A DNA stretch of 61,762 nt, the filler included, from Sphacelaria rigidula (taxonomy: Eukaryota), in assembly GCA_964200075.2 (NCBI GenBank). It is 10 parts of 10 records of this genome, joined end to end, with 100 filler letters (N's around TTAATTAATTAA, not from the genome) between each part and the next. Parts side by side here need not be neighbours in the genome. Positions count along the whole stretch, not along the records: positions 18,562 to 24,648 come from CAXNAA020022331.1; positions 24,749 to 30,835 come from CAXNAA020022332.1; positions 30,936 to 37,021 come from CAXNAA020022333.1; 7 more parts are not named here. One strand, given 5' to 3'. The notes under the pieces were generated by a model. The model made no database searches. It was not told the origin of the DNA and was given only the letters and a program-made list of their open reading frames with translations. The position numbers and the translations under genes are program-made. Below, piece after piece: positions 23,012-35,907 of this stretch. The number at the start of each line of letters is the position of its first letter. Position 1 is the first letter of the stretch.

Positions 23012-24318
23012 CAGGCTGGGCCAGCCTACAAGCGGATTTGTACTTAGCAGGCGAATTCGGAAAAAAAAAATGGAGTTGGAAAGTGAAATTTGGTATGGAC
23101 AATCAACAGGACATAAAGAGAACCTGTCTGTTAGGTTCCGAAGTTTTTTTTTCATGAATCAAGGGCCTTTTACTAAAACCTCAAAACTGAGTTTTGCCCC
23201 TAACTCATGAAAAAATAAAAAACTCCGGGACCCAACAGATAGCTTTTCTTCATGCCCCGTTGGTTGTCCATACCAAATTTCACTGCCCAACTCCAACAAA
23301 AAAATTGCGAATATACCTTTGAAAAACCGGGCCGGCGGCAATTCGGAACAGTATTTTGAGGGCCGTTTATCGGCCCACGTTTGGTGTTTGTGGGTTGAAA
23401 CTTCGTGCGGGATCTCGCTAGGCCATGATGAACCAAGAAAAATGGGTGAGGTTGGTTTTTGTTATATTACTCACTGATTGAGGGCGTTTTAGTATGGTAA
23501 CGACCATTTTTTCACGAGAACGCCCGAACCTTTCAATAAAAAAATAAAAAAATAAGGCTATTTTTTTTACACTCAGCATACCTCTGTCGTTCTCTATGCC
23601 AAGTTTCAAATCACAATTCTACAAATTGAGGTTAACGAATTGATAAGGCCCAAGGGAAATGTTCACTTCTCCTCAAAACTCCCTTACGAACCAAAAAAAA
23701 GATGAAAAAAACGAAAAAGCTGTGTTTTTTATTTCATTGGGCACTAGCGGTTCTCCGTACCAAATTTCATAGCACAACTCTCGAAGACCGAGACGCGATA
23801 TCCAGATTTAGGTCATCTAGTGCCTCTGTTCGTAATATACTGATTTTAGTATGTAAACTTATGTGCGCCAACGCTCTAGATAGATTACGAATTAGGTGAA
23901 GGTGAGGGTATCTATCATCTCCCCGTGCTCCAGGGGAGGTCCACACCAAAAATCGTCATCACCTGCTCCGCTTAATCGATCGTTCGGGGTTTCACATAGA
24001 TTTTAGTGTGGACGCTATCTCCGCTAGGTGTAGGAATTACTAGACATGAGGTTTTTTGTAGTCAACGAGAAAAAATTGGCCCAGATTTTTGAGTAGATGG
24101 GCACCTTCCCCTTGATTAGACGATTAATACAATATGCGGACCACGGCCCAACTCGTCCGTGTCGTTAAGTTATCGCGTTGAGAGCTTAACCCTTAGACCG
24201 CGAGGTGAGTCTTCTGTTGAAATGGCATCAATTTCAAGTGAAAAAAAAGTATGCATGATCCATAAAGACTAGTCTCGCGGCCTAAGGGTTAAATCCGTTT
24301 TTAGGTTGGCCCAGCTCG
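23012..24318. mobile_element. Complete Tc1/mariner-type non-autonomous element with TA TSD
   Basis: TA-CAGGCTGGGCCAGCCTACAAGCGGATTT ... AAATCCGTTTTTAGGTTGGCCCAGCTCG-TA. Confidence 0.85.
24190..24288 (+). mobile_element. 99-bp piggyBac-type MITE with TTAA TSD
   Basis: TTAA|CCCTTAGACCGCGAG...CTCGCGGCCTAAGGG|TTAA, a 14/15 TIR match. The paralogous host copy has a single TTAA at 605-608. Confidence 0.92.
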
Positions 24319-24789
24319 TATACTTTTTTCGAGTGAAATCGATGTCGATTCAGCAGATGACCTACTCTCACCGTCTAAGGCCTATACTGGGACCAAGTTG
24401 AAAAATAGGAAGCATAAATAACGCCTGGGCGCTGCGTGGGCTGTGATAATTACGGGTTTCATTCAAAATACCGGTGGGTTAGGGGGGGGGGTGCACTCAT
24501 GTGTTGCTCGCCTTCGTCGTTTAACCATTGACCACGCATCCCTTTCGAGACGGAGCATAAATATCGGTGGGGGAGGAGGGGGGGTGCTCATGATCTTGCA
24601 TGCCGTAGTCACGAGACAAATGACCTCCTATCCTTACAAAGCCGGGAANNNNNNNNNNNNNNNNNNNNNNNNNNNNNNNNNNNNNNNNNNNNTTAATTAA
24701 TTAANNNNNNNNNNNNNNNNNNNNNNNNNNNNNNNNNNNNNNNNNNNNCCGAGAGTGAACGGTACTGCTTTTATAGCTATTATAAAAGC

Positions 24790-24904
24790 ATCGCGGCTTC
24801 GGATAGGGGCATTTCCATAGAGGAGAAACTGCCAATTATGGAGGTCATGAGTTCGAATCCCGGCATACTCTCTTTTGTTTTCGTCCGTCGTTAAGGTCAT
24901 ATAT
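24790..24904 (+). mobile_element. tRNA-derived SINE fragment
   Basis: B box GAGTTCGAATCCC. Matches the reverse complement of 9946-10035. Confidence 0.6.
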
Positions 24905-25429
24905 TAAACAAGATTCCCCTTCGGGAGGTTGATACTGGCCTCCCGGGGGTGACGCAAGTCGAAAATATACCAGTGTTATTCCTTTTTCATATTATGGACG
25001 CAAATGTGTGAGAGAACATGTACCTTCCAGTAGACACTCGTACTGTCACATTTCGCAGTTTCGAATGTCTCAGATCAAGAGTGGCGGGAAGAGCGGTGGA
25101 CACTTCCAGCTTGACTAGAGCTCGCTTCACGAGCCGTGTGCGAAGGGGGGGGAAACACCATCAAGTACGAGACCCGTCACAGCACACATCGCAAGTGATT
25201 GCTACTGAAATAAGGTTACGTCCCGGTAGTACACGGCGAACTTGTGCAGGGTTCTCTAGATGCCGGCCCGACCCCGCGCGCATGGATTTCAAATCACAAT
25301 TGTATACAGTATATATGCATGATATTGCTTGCTGTCTGTGTGTACGTGGTGTACCACCCCTCGCTCTGCCACATCTAGTACAGCGGTCGGTATTGCAGCT
25401 AAGTGTGCATTTGCCCTAGGTGGCGCACG

Positions 25430-27014
25430 CAAGAGTAATAAGCCGCCTCTGCCGCTATAATTCCTGCCTGTATCTTGAGCGGATGGTAAGACAGCCGCTA
25501 TGGCGCGCAAGGCGGCTGTAACAATTCAAACCGCGTGGAGATTTCTACACTGTCTTGAAGTCATACTGCGCGCAGTTCCCACTTTGTACGAGTATTGTGC
25601 ACGTCGCAGAAGGCAATAGCTTCTACTGTATACTGTGCACAGCACATGTTTTTTAATTGTATACTGACTGCAGAAAGCTATTGCCTACGGTGTAATACAT
25701 TTCCATACATATCAGGCGGTGAGATCGTGAAATAATCAAATAATCCACAGCACATGGCCGAAGTGGAAGTGAGGCAATCACCGGAATATTCGCGTGCAAA
25801 GCCTGTGCGACCGTACTCTAAGTTGTTAACGCTAGAAGAACACCAGTGCAACGGCCATTCCGGCTGCCGGTCTGTGCACGGCCGTCCCGGTAGTGTTGGG
25901 ACTGTCTGTACCGGGATATCGCCCCCAGTGCCAGGTACGCCGGCAAGGGTCCGCAGCACTACCCACTGGTCGCGCGACAGGAGCTCAATCTTCGACTGTC
26001 GAGATTTTTTTAACGGAAATGCTCAGCTCCCAACCCTCACATATATAGCGGACCATAAACGATGCTTATTTGCTGAATTTTTCAAGCGTTCGTCCAAACC
26101 TGGGCGAAGATGGATAGTGAGGCCGGCAGGATCCGTCGCAGAATGCGTGATCAACTGTCACTGTACCCACTCTTTCTAGCCGTCATCAGACAGCAGGGTG
26201 TTGCAAAAACAAAATGGCACGCACCGTGGGTATCCACTGTATCAACGCACACCGGGCCACCAGCGACCTGCCCTGCTGCAGCTATGACTGTGACCCGTTC
26301 TTCTAATACCGATCTACACATTCTTCAGTGTTCTTCACCATGCTTTTTTTTGTGGATTGCTACATTCGCATAATTGGGATACATATCACGCAGATATGAA
26401 CATTCGCATTCATTATCATTCGACTTGTGTTCGCTGCTGACTGAGTCAAGGCAATGTCCAGCTGTTTTCAACTGCTTTTCTCCCATGTTCTCGTGACATT
26501 CGCTGCATATAACCACTGTCTTCGTGTTCTCAAATCATCGAGAACGCAAAGAAAATCACGGTGGCAGAATACCCTGCCATGACCGGTCTTTTGTAGCTCT
26601 CGTTTGAAGTTTTCGACGATTTTGGAAAGGCTTTTGTGGTTCGGGATCGACACCCCGCGCCAGTGTGGGCGACTTTCGATGGCAGGAGCACGCGCCACAG
26701 GTATCAGATGACACCCAAACCTGAACTGTATTGTACTGCTGACCGTCCTTCGTGCACTGCAAAAGAAACCGCGGGCTGAGATGCCTTGCAGCCAGAGAAC
26801 ACTCGGCAAAAGTGGTGAAAAATGCGAAATGATACATGTACATATATCATGCAGTACATCTTTTTCTTTACTTTTTTCTTGATTCAGCGGCGGTGCCGTG
26901 GGTCACGAGGTTGATCTGCACTTCACAGCAATATGCTCAAGTCGCGCTGATTTGGAAAAGTTGAGAAGTTGTGGTCTGGAAAGTGACTGCGGAATTCACT
27001 GCTGGCCCAGCTCG
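25430..27014 (-). mobile_element. Highly decayed Tc1/mariner transposon with transposase remnant and left TIR
   Basis: TIR CGAGCTGGGCCAGC with TA flank at 27001-27016. Across frameshifts the minus strand gives, in order, IPNHKSLSKIVENFKRE, LLSDD..SGY, LWSAI, RDG, DLT.PD.YG and IIAA.GG. Confidence 0.55.
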
Positions 27015-28499
27015 TAGCTAATTTTAGGGGGGTTCATTTAAGGCCGCCTATCGTGTGTAAATAAAAGAAAAATAAAGCTCGTTAAAAAAAAACGCTTCCT
27101 TTTTTGGTCCTTTTGCGTCTGCGTCGTTTTACGCCGTAGGAAGAGGGCTATACTAGGCGGATGTTGAGACACCTCGGAGTTCTTGTTTTATTCGTTGAGA
27201 CTGTCCCAGGACGGACACGATATTGCGTATTCCGGAGGCACCTGTTTTTTGTTTTCATGGCCGAAGTTGCATTTTCACTAACAAACGAAACGGTCAAGTT
27301 TTTTTTGTTTGTCCTTCCTCTCTTTTATTTTCCTTTTTTTGTTTCACACCTGCCACTTCTGTCTTTCCGTGCTTTTCTTTTCCTGACTTTTTATTCATTT
27401 TATTTTTTTTCACGTCTTTTTCTCCACCATATCGTTCTGCTGGACTTTTTCTGCTCCTTTTTTTTTTTTCTTCGGCGTGTGTTTCAGTTTTTTTTTTTGT
27501 CTTGGGTGCATCTATTATCGTGTGGATAATGACCACGGTTGGATCATGTCTCCTGGAGGGTCAGTCAAAGTGCGACAATTAGTCAATCAAATCAATCAAG
27601 CCGTCGAAAAATGACGAAGAGGAACTCAAGCGGATAGATACCACGCGAAAGTGACATGAAAGCTTCAGGTACCCTCATATCCAGGTAACAACCCGATAGT
27701 CATAACTAATTGCACCTGAAGCGCACAGTCTTGAACTGGTAAAGGTTTCACGTCCCGAGCGAACACTAGACGGTCATTAGTCGCAAGGGGCTCAATGCCA
27801 CACGGAGTGATATATATATATATATATATATTATACATGATTTTTTCCCCCTGTTCCAACTCTTGATTGGTCATATTCCAGGGTGTGCAATATTAACGCG
27901 CGACGAGTATTGGGTCTTTCTTGTCTGCAATACCACGCTCGCCCTGCTTTTGGTCCATGTTGGATCTTCGTCAGATGAGGTCATGTCCTTCTTCCCTTCT
28001 TTTTTCTTTTTTTTTTCCTTTCGTTCTGTTTCTGGACCGAGGAAGGAAAGCGAGTGCTTAAGAGCGTTGTTATTGTTGTTGGTGATTTCACATGAAAAAA
28101 AGTTCCGATCTCTGTGCAGTAACCTCTAACTTCCGCTCTGGGCATCTCAAGCGGGCGCCTTCCGTGGTCACAGGCTAGCTACCCTAATATAAGGTGTACG
28201 GAAATGAACCACGCCCTGGATGATGACGAGATGTTTCATCGCCACAAAATGTACTGCGTACAGTATAGGATCTATTGTCTATTGAAATAGATGCAATAGT
28301 CGATACCATTCGGATTGGGGGAGATAGAGCCTGTCGCTCCCGCTGCCGCTTGGCAAAGCATTAATAAGAGGTGGGGGAACGGACAGAAGAAAGGTCCTCC
28401 CACTTCATTTCGAGTTGAGTCTAATATTGTCTTGTTCATTTCTTTTTGTTCTTTTCCTTTCATTTTTTTCTCTATTCTTTTATATTTTCTTGGTATAGT

Positions 28500-28558
28500 T
28501 TATTATTACTATTATTACTATTATTGTTACTACTACTACTACTATTATGATTATTATC

Positions 28559-28619
<61 letters not shown>

Positions 28620-28664
28620 TCTATTATTAATTCTATTATTAATTCTATTATTATACTTATTATT
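28500..28664. repeat. (TAT/TAC/ATT)n microsatellite in intron
   Basis: Long TATTAT/TACTAC run upstream of the adaptin exon. Confidence 0.95.
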
Positions 28665-28725
28665 AGATATTTCGCGTCCGTCTCTGTTTTTTGTTTTGCT
28701 TCGTGTCCTTGTCTATTCCGGTCAG

Positions 28726-28910
28726 GATGCCGACATCAGTATACGGCGCCGAGCGCTGGACGTCTTGTTCGTGATGGCAGACGAGGAAAACGCCGCCGAC
28801 ATAGTACAAGAGCTGGTCACCTACCTCGCCACCTCCGATGCGGCCATCCGAGAAGAAATGGTCCTCAAGATCGCCATCCTCGCGGAAAAGTTCACAGACG
28901 ATCTTAATTG
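28726..28910 (+). CDS. AP2A: AP-2 complex alpha-adaptin, internal exon
   Basis: CAG|GATGCC...AATTG|GTGAG, encoding DADISIRRRALDVLFVMADEENAADIVQELVTYLATSDAAIREEMVLKIAILAEKFTDDLNW, characteristic of the alpha-adaptin trunk. Confidence 0.92.
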
Positions 28911-29555
28911 GTGAGAGGCTCGTTCGCTGTGCGTTTTTCTTTTTTTATATCATTATTGTCGTACTTTCAACCCAGTAGGGTTTCACCCACTTTCGGGTCT
29001 TTTCAAGGTTGATACTCTTCGTGACTACAGTGTGAACGCCGATATATTCGGATCTCTAGTGAGGTTGAAAGTCAGACCCGAGTTCCTCCTGGTGTGCGCA
29101 CAATGTATTTTCCTCGAAATCTGCGCATGCGGAACCCGTATGAGGCCTACCAACGAACTCTGTGCTTAAAACAACTTTTTTCCCACCCCCAAGTCCCGAG
29201 CGTTCTCGGTATGCCTTGATTGATCGATGATTGTCGCACTTTAACTGACCCCCCAGGGGTCCAACGGTGGGTTTAGGACCATTGGTTGGGGTTTGGGCTA
29301 GGGTTATCCTCATGAAAACAACACATCAAACATGGATGTAATGGCCCCGAACTGGGACAAAGCCCACCTTTCTCAAGCCTCCCTACCCCTACCCCCCAAA
29401 TGTTGGAGCTGTCTATATCAGCAGTAGGAACGGTGATCCGTCTCGTAAGGGACGCGTGGTCCATGTTCAAACGACTAATGCAAGCAACGGATGAGTACCC
29501 CCTGCCACCCCCGCACCCCCGCACCCCGACGACTAAGGCAAGCACGAAATGAGTA

Positions 29556-30811
29556 CAGTCGACCCCGCTTTAAGGACGACTTTCCCCCTCAAACCAGGGG
29601 GCCCGACAGAAAATACAACTAGCAGGGTATGTACCATTTTCTACTCTGCGGGCCCCCTTTTTTCACCTCTGGTGGGATGGTGAGCTATTGTCCCCTGATG
29701 TTTAAGGACGAAACCTCGCTTGAATGATGCTTTCCCCCCCCCGAAAAACCATGTGCGTCCTTAACCCCTTTGGGACCGGGCCTCCAGAACGACCAATGAG
29801 GCTGGTCAGGAATGACGTGTCTGGCGTCTGCACGGAACAGTGGCGTGTTGCTGAAAATCCGTGTTTGTATGTAACCGCATGGTTGTTATGACGAAGACCG
29901 AAACTTTCATCCAATCTGTTTTCAGGTGCAGGGTGCGCATTAGGTGATGTGCATCTGATGTAGCAAGCAGCATGAGTCGTGGCAGAGAGCTTCCAACAGG
30001 ATGCGGCGACATGTGGCTTTGAGTGAAACTTTTGTCCTCATCACCTTGCCATACAGCCCTTTGTGGTCGGGGTGGGCCGCCATTTCCCCCCCTTGTTGCA
30101 TGCAGCAAATATTCTCCCCGAAGGGTATTAGCGTTGCGGCGCGCATGCATACAACCGTACAGTACAGTACAGTCTAGTACGCCTCTCCGACTGAAGCAGC
30201 AGCTGCCGCTGCATACCCCCTTGCACGTTCTCGGCAGTTCTTAGCTACCGAAATCAGCTGGCTATTAACAGCTTTGTCATCCCCGTCCACTACATACATG
30301 TGGACTGCACACTGCAAGTCATCGGCAGAGGGATACGCAGAACTCATTACGGTAGCTCCTTATGTCTTCCCACAGCCCACCTGGATTTTGTGCCTCGTGA
30401 AAATGACCACATGGTGGCGTGTACATCCCTTCCCGGTTTTTTCCGGTCCACCCTGTGTTGGTGTAAATTACTACGTTTTAGTAGATAATTGGGACTCAAA
30501 AAACACTTCGGAAAAACTCGGGAACGGTATAGTGAGAGCAAGTAATACCAATGAACCAAGCTGCGACCACCCTGCACTTGGAAAGGTGGGGAGGCTTATT
30601 TGGGTCAGGGATAAGGCCCCTACACGATCTTTGCAGTGGCATTACACTCGACAACAATCCCCGCGCTGATCGTTCGGGTCTGGTCGATAATTTTCGCCTC
30701 GCCGTGATTGGGCAGGTCGCTCAGAGACATTTTCTTTTTATTTCACTAACACAGGGTCAACCCTGTGTTAGTGGGGATCCGGTCCCAAAAGGGTCAAAGC
30801 GGGGTCGACTG
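29556..30811. mobile_element. pogo/Tc1-type non-autonomous DNA transposon (1256 bp)
   Basis: Perfect 16-bp TIRs CAGTCGACCCCGCTTT / AAAGCGGGGTCGACTG with TA on both sides. Confidence 0.9.
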
Positions 30812-33275
30812 TACGCCCCCCCCCCCCCCCCCCCCNNNNNNNNNNNNNNNNNNNNNNNNNNNNNNNNNNNNNNNNNNNNTTAATTAATTAANNNNNNNNN
30901 NNNNNNNNNNNNNNNNNNNNNNNNNNNNNNNNNNNTTTTGGGAGGCAAAATCTTCACGTGAATCGAAATGGGAAAGGCCAAGCACACCGAGCAGCTGGGA
31001 ATTCCCACGTACATGTAAAACCTAAGGTTCTGCAGAGTCAAAACAGTAAACATACGTTCGTAATGAGAGCATCTCCGGTATCATATATAATGGCATGCAG
31101 CAGTGTAATGTGCATGAAAAAATGTGGTGACTTGTGCTGTCGTCTATGATATACACGTTTTGAACGCAACGAGTATATGTGTGTGTATGTACCACGATGT
31201 GTATCCCGGACAGATGATGACTCAGTTCATCTGTTGTGTATACTTCATGCGGGGAGGAACATGTGTGACCCTTGTAGCTCACGTAGGTCACCGGTGAGCT
31301 GCCCTCGAAAAGAACTGCTGTAGCTCGATCTACGGTGAGATGATCTATCCGGGGTGTGCAATCAAGTGCTTTATCGTACGCATTTTCAAATATCGCGACT
31401 TGCAAACATCCGATTTCTGCATAAATAAGCTTAGTGGGCACTTGACAGCGGGAGCATAAAACTAAAAGGAAGGAAGGAATGTTGCAATCAGGGATGAAAA
31501 ATCAGGCATCTTCTATGTGTAATTGTCGGTGTTCCACCCGCTCTCAGATGTAGTCCACAATGCTCTGCGTTTGTATGTTGTCTAATCATCATGATTCCGC
31601 GGAAACAGCGGCCGCAATCCTCAACAAAATCGGCCGCCCTCTACATTAAAATCGCCGGCGCACGTACTCGCCGACCCTATCTTCCGCCCTACTCGCCGTC
31701 TTGCCACCTTCTTGCACACGAGCAGAGACTTTATCGAACACGTCCACAGGGAAGGAGTGATCGTTGTTGTTCCTGAGTATTACCGCAAATCACCTGCAGA
31801 AAAGTGTTCATGTTCAAATGGCGTTGCCACCTTGTGCGGGTTGACGTGCGTCACACATTATCTTACAGCCGTCTTTACCTCATCATTAAGAAGTGACGCT
31901 TGGTGTGAAACGCACATCAACGCTTTTCCTGTTCCTAACATTTTTTATTCAAAACATGTTACGAACGAAACGTACTAGGCGACAGGCGTAGCACCCACAA
32001 ACTGGTGCGCGAATCACAGTAGCAGTATTGACCACTCAGGTCGACGCACATCTGGGTCTACTTGCTTTGAAGTGAAGATGATGCCTATGCAAGAGGTGGG
32101 ACATGCCTGGGAGGTTCAAGAGTTGACCCGGGTAGTTTCTGGCGAGGTGATCATGTACAGGTCACCTCTGGGTGATGACCTTGCTACCTACGTCAACGCG
32201 TTTTCGGTGCTGTCGCTCCCAGATAACGGAGTTAGTTGTTGGCATTGATGAATTCTTGACCACCACCCGCATACCCGACCAGAAAGCCTCCGGCGCTTGT
32301 CCCAGCCCCGTAGTGTTGTCCTCCATACCTACTCCCGTATTTACTCATCTTTCAGGCAAGGGCCCGTAAAAACTGCAAGCTATTAATAGACCCCCCTGCC
32401 GCCCCCCCCTCAGAGGCTGTAGACAACCAACCAGAGGTTATTGTGCGTGAGCTCAACACCGAGGAGCTTCTGAGTCTCAGTTACTTTGGCTACCGGGGGA
32501 AGGGGGGAGCGGGCTGACGGGAAAATACCTATGTCAAAGGTTTCAGTTTGGTCACTGAATCATGGCTTTCGAGACGCACGGTGGATCGAAAAATAGTTGG
32601 TATATTGCATTTGTCCAATTCGCTGCACCACCGTACAACTCTGGCATTGGACCAACGATTGTAGTTACCACCCGTTGGTCATAGAAAACTGTATTTTCAC
32701 CCCCAAGAGAGGGAATAGTGCATCTCTCTGTTGTCTCCACTTTCCTGCATCGGATGTTTCCGTTTCGTTTCATCTCGGGTACGTCTGTCGTGTTACTGTG
32801 TGTGGTTACTGTGTGTGGTTACTGTGTGTGGTTACTGTGTGACCACGGCTGGATCCCTGAGAGATCGGTTGATGTGCGACAACTCGGCAATCAACCAAAA
32901 GTCAAACTCCAGAGAGGGGGGATGGTATACAAAAGATGTGAACTGACAACTGGTGCAGATATGGTGCCGAAAAAGGCCGAAGAATCGGTAAACGGTATGG
33001 AACGAGTGGGGAAAAAAATACACCAAAACTCACGGTAGACGCGTGCCCCACCCAACGTAAGTAGGTGCAAGCTTTCATCTCATTGATAGATTGATTGATT
33101 GATTGATCGTCGCCCGTTAACTTATGCCCTAGGAGTGCAGCCGTCGTCACGAGATGAATGCACGTGAGCGTAATGACGTCGGAAATACTCGCCAAAGGAA
33201 ACTCTGGAAGAGTAAACGAACAAGGAGCTACAAAAAAAGTGACGTTAAGGATGAGAAATCGAACACAACGAAGAA

Positions 33276-33317
<42 letters not shown>

Positions 33318-33445
33318 ACCACCACCACCATTTCTGTCCCATCACAATGTTCCCGGCACCGCGAGTAACCTACTACCGAAAAGCAGAATCGATGTCTCTC
33401 CGACATCCTCACGACATGACCTTGTTGTATATTTTCCCTCCGCAG

Positions 33446-35706
33446 AGCGAGGGCGGGGAAAATGCGCCGCGGCCGGAGTGGCTGCCCGATGGTTGCGAGA
33501 TGCTGGCGGATGGCGAATACGACGCCATTGTGATGGGCACTGGCTTGAAGGAGGCAATCATGTCCGGGTTGCTGTCTACGCTGGGGATGAAGGTCAGGCA
33601 CATGGAGACAGGACAGAGGAAAAAGTTCCAAGAAAAGAGTAGCGATGAACAACGCACCTCACGTGTTTTCCTCAGCTTTCACGCACCTTGCGATCCTTGC
33701 GCGATCCATGGTGTCAGCCTCTCCACGAAGACATTCAACGTTTGGTGCCCCTGTCAGTACTTGAAGGTCGAAAGGGGATTTAGTGGGGATACAAGTAGGC
33801 GACTGCAGTTCGTGCTCAGATGGAAACGGCATGCTGCACTATCGCTGGAGATGTCCATGTGTATATATCAATCCGATCTTGTTGGTGTACAGTGCACAGT
33901 CGCCCCCACCGAGCTGATGAATTTTCACCTGCGTTGCTGCGCTTGGGATAAGTTATAGAATTGCGAAACCACACCCATCCTCTTCTTATTCTCGTTTCCC
34001 TCTGCGCAGGTACTGCACGTCGACCGGAACAACTACTACGGCGGAGAGTGCGCCTCGCTAAATCTCACCAACCTGTACGCCAAGTTCAGGCCTGGACAGA
34101 AACCTGCCGCGGAGCTGGGCCACCCCACTCGCGACTACAACGTGGACCTGATCCCCAAGTTCCTCATGGCAAACGGTGACCTCGTGAAGATGTTGCTCAT
34201 GACCAAGGTGAGGTCCACAGCTCTTGTTGAAAATGTTGAATCCTTGGAGCGCCGGATCTCGATTCAGAAACAAAAAACATCGCGGTTACTTCGAAAGGGT
34301 AGAACCCCGACGCGTTACCTTGACAGCTCCTCCCCAAGACCGCCTTCTACCAATGATGTTACACGGTTTATGTACAATGCCCCCCCTCCGTCTCGAAAGG
34401 GATGCGTGGTCAATGGTCAAATGAGTACACCCCCTAGTTATGGACAGGGTCACCAAAGGTGTTGTTCAGATCCTGCCAACGGTTCACCTAGACTCCATAC
34501 AAGGCATGTGACGCTCAGTGAGTAGTTCGTGGCGCCGAAATTGCCGGCAGAGAAAGGGTTTCCCCAGGCGGGAAATGGGGGGGGAGCGGTACTCATGATC
34601 TTGCATCCCGTAGTCGAGAGAGCATTGGCCTCGCATCCCTACAAACCCAGGACGGAGCACGCCGGTTTTTCATCTGGCCAGGGAAGGGTTCAAATGAAGA
34701 AGTAAATGAAGAAAGTGACGACTAAACGTTGGGTAACAGTGGTTGAAAGTGTGCAAGTCGTGCGATCGCTGGAAATGAAGATTGAGATATGAATATTGCC
34801 GAGGATGTGTCGACACTGATGCAGCTGTGAAACCTATTTTTTTGCGACGTAGTCAAGTATCTTCATGGAACAATGTGGATTGGATAAGGTCAACAATCAA
34901 GATTCACAGACGGGGGGGAGGGGGACACGTAGACGTGTAGACGTGTGAAGATCTATATTTCAGATTCGCAACGAATGAAGAATGGTGTGTGTGCACAGCA
35001 GATCATGTACAGAGAGCAATCGTCGGGTGGTAGCATGAAGAGTTTTCCTTGTTTTCTTGAGTGTTTGACTAGCTCGATATGGTCGATCGAATCGTTTGAG
35101 GAAACGGAGTACAGGAGGGAGTCTACCCTTGAGACTGATCGTACCATCGAATCGGTTTTCATGCTTGGTCGCGAGATCCTCCTCCTTTTCATGTTTGCGG
35201 CGAGAGTTTTTTGGCAAAAATGATTTGCATTTTGAGTCACAGACGTGAAAGTAAAGGATACGGCTTCTTCGTTCTCGTTTTTGTGCATGAAGATTGACTG
35301 GGACATGACCAAATCTAAGTATGATTTATGTAGGAGCATGACAACACTCTTGGGAGGAGGGTTCGGAACATCCGGTCAGAGAAGTGTGCCGGATTAACAT
35401 CGGACACAGCATGTCTCTTCACATCCACGTGTCTGGATGTGTTTGAATGCTAAGCCTTGTTGCCCAATGAAGCTCTCTGTACTTGTATCCAGTCTTTTTC
35501 GAGGTCGACGCACTGCCTCTTCGAGATGTGGCATTCGTGACTAAAGAATCAAGTGTTGCCTCCGTTACGATCAAACCCCAACTCTACAGAAGGATTCGTG
35601 ATTCCTCAAACGCGTTGGTTTTTCTCCTCTTGTACAGGTCACCCGGTACCTGGAGTTCAAGACCGTTGATGGCAGCTACGTGGTGAAGAGTGGCAAGATT
35701 AACAAG
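33446..35706 (+). CDS. GDI: Rab GDP-dissociation inhibitor, 5' part: exons 33446-33592, 34010-34207, 35638-35706
   Basis: Canonical AG/GT boundaries, all phase 0. Spliced product ...[46 protein letters not shown]...[49 protein letters not shown]. Confidence 0.97.
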
Positions 35707-35907
35707 GTGTGGAGGATAACATAATGGTACCGAGGCGCACGGTCCCAAGGGCATATATAGAACACGAACACATGTCATACGACGCCGTGTATATCTTGCG
35801 CGTGAAAGTTTCGTCACGGTAGACTTCGGCGATGATGACTTTAGTGGGCTTATGGATGATGACATAATCTTGGCCTTCGTATGATCTCCGCAGTTTACTC
35901 TTTTCTC

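Larger units (their letters stand above)
22975..24380 (-). mobile_element. Older piggyBac-type MITE split by a mariner MITE
   Basis: TTAA+CCCTTACACCGCGAG at 22971-22989. Joining 22975-23011 to 24321-24380 reconstructs the reverse complement of the MITE at 24190-24288. Confidence 0.75.

Noticed and set aside
28315..28725. Poly-Tyr/poly-Leu N-terminus of the 199-aa ORF
   Set aside because: It is a translation of an intronic microsatellite. Only 28726-28910 is a real exon.
18921..35706. Apparent cluster of vesicle-trafficking genes (SAR1, AP-2 alpha, Rab GDI)
   Set aside because: The three lie on different scaffolds separated by synthetic linkers, so the adjacency comes from length sorting.
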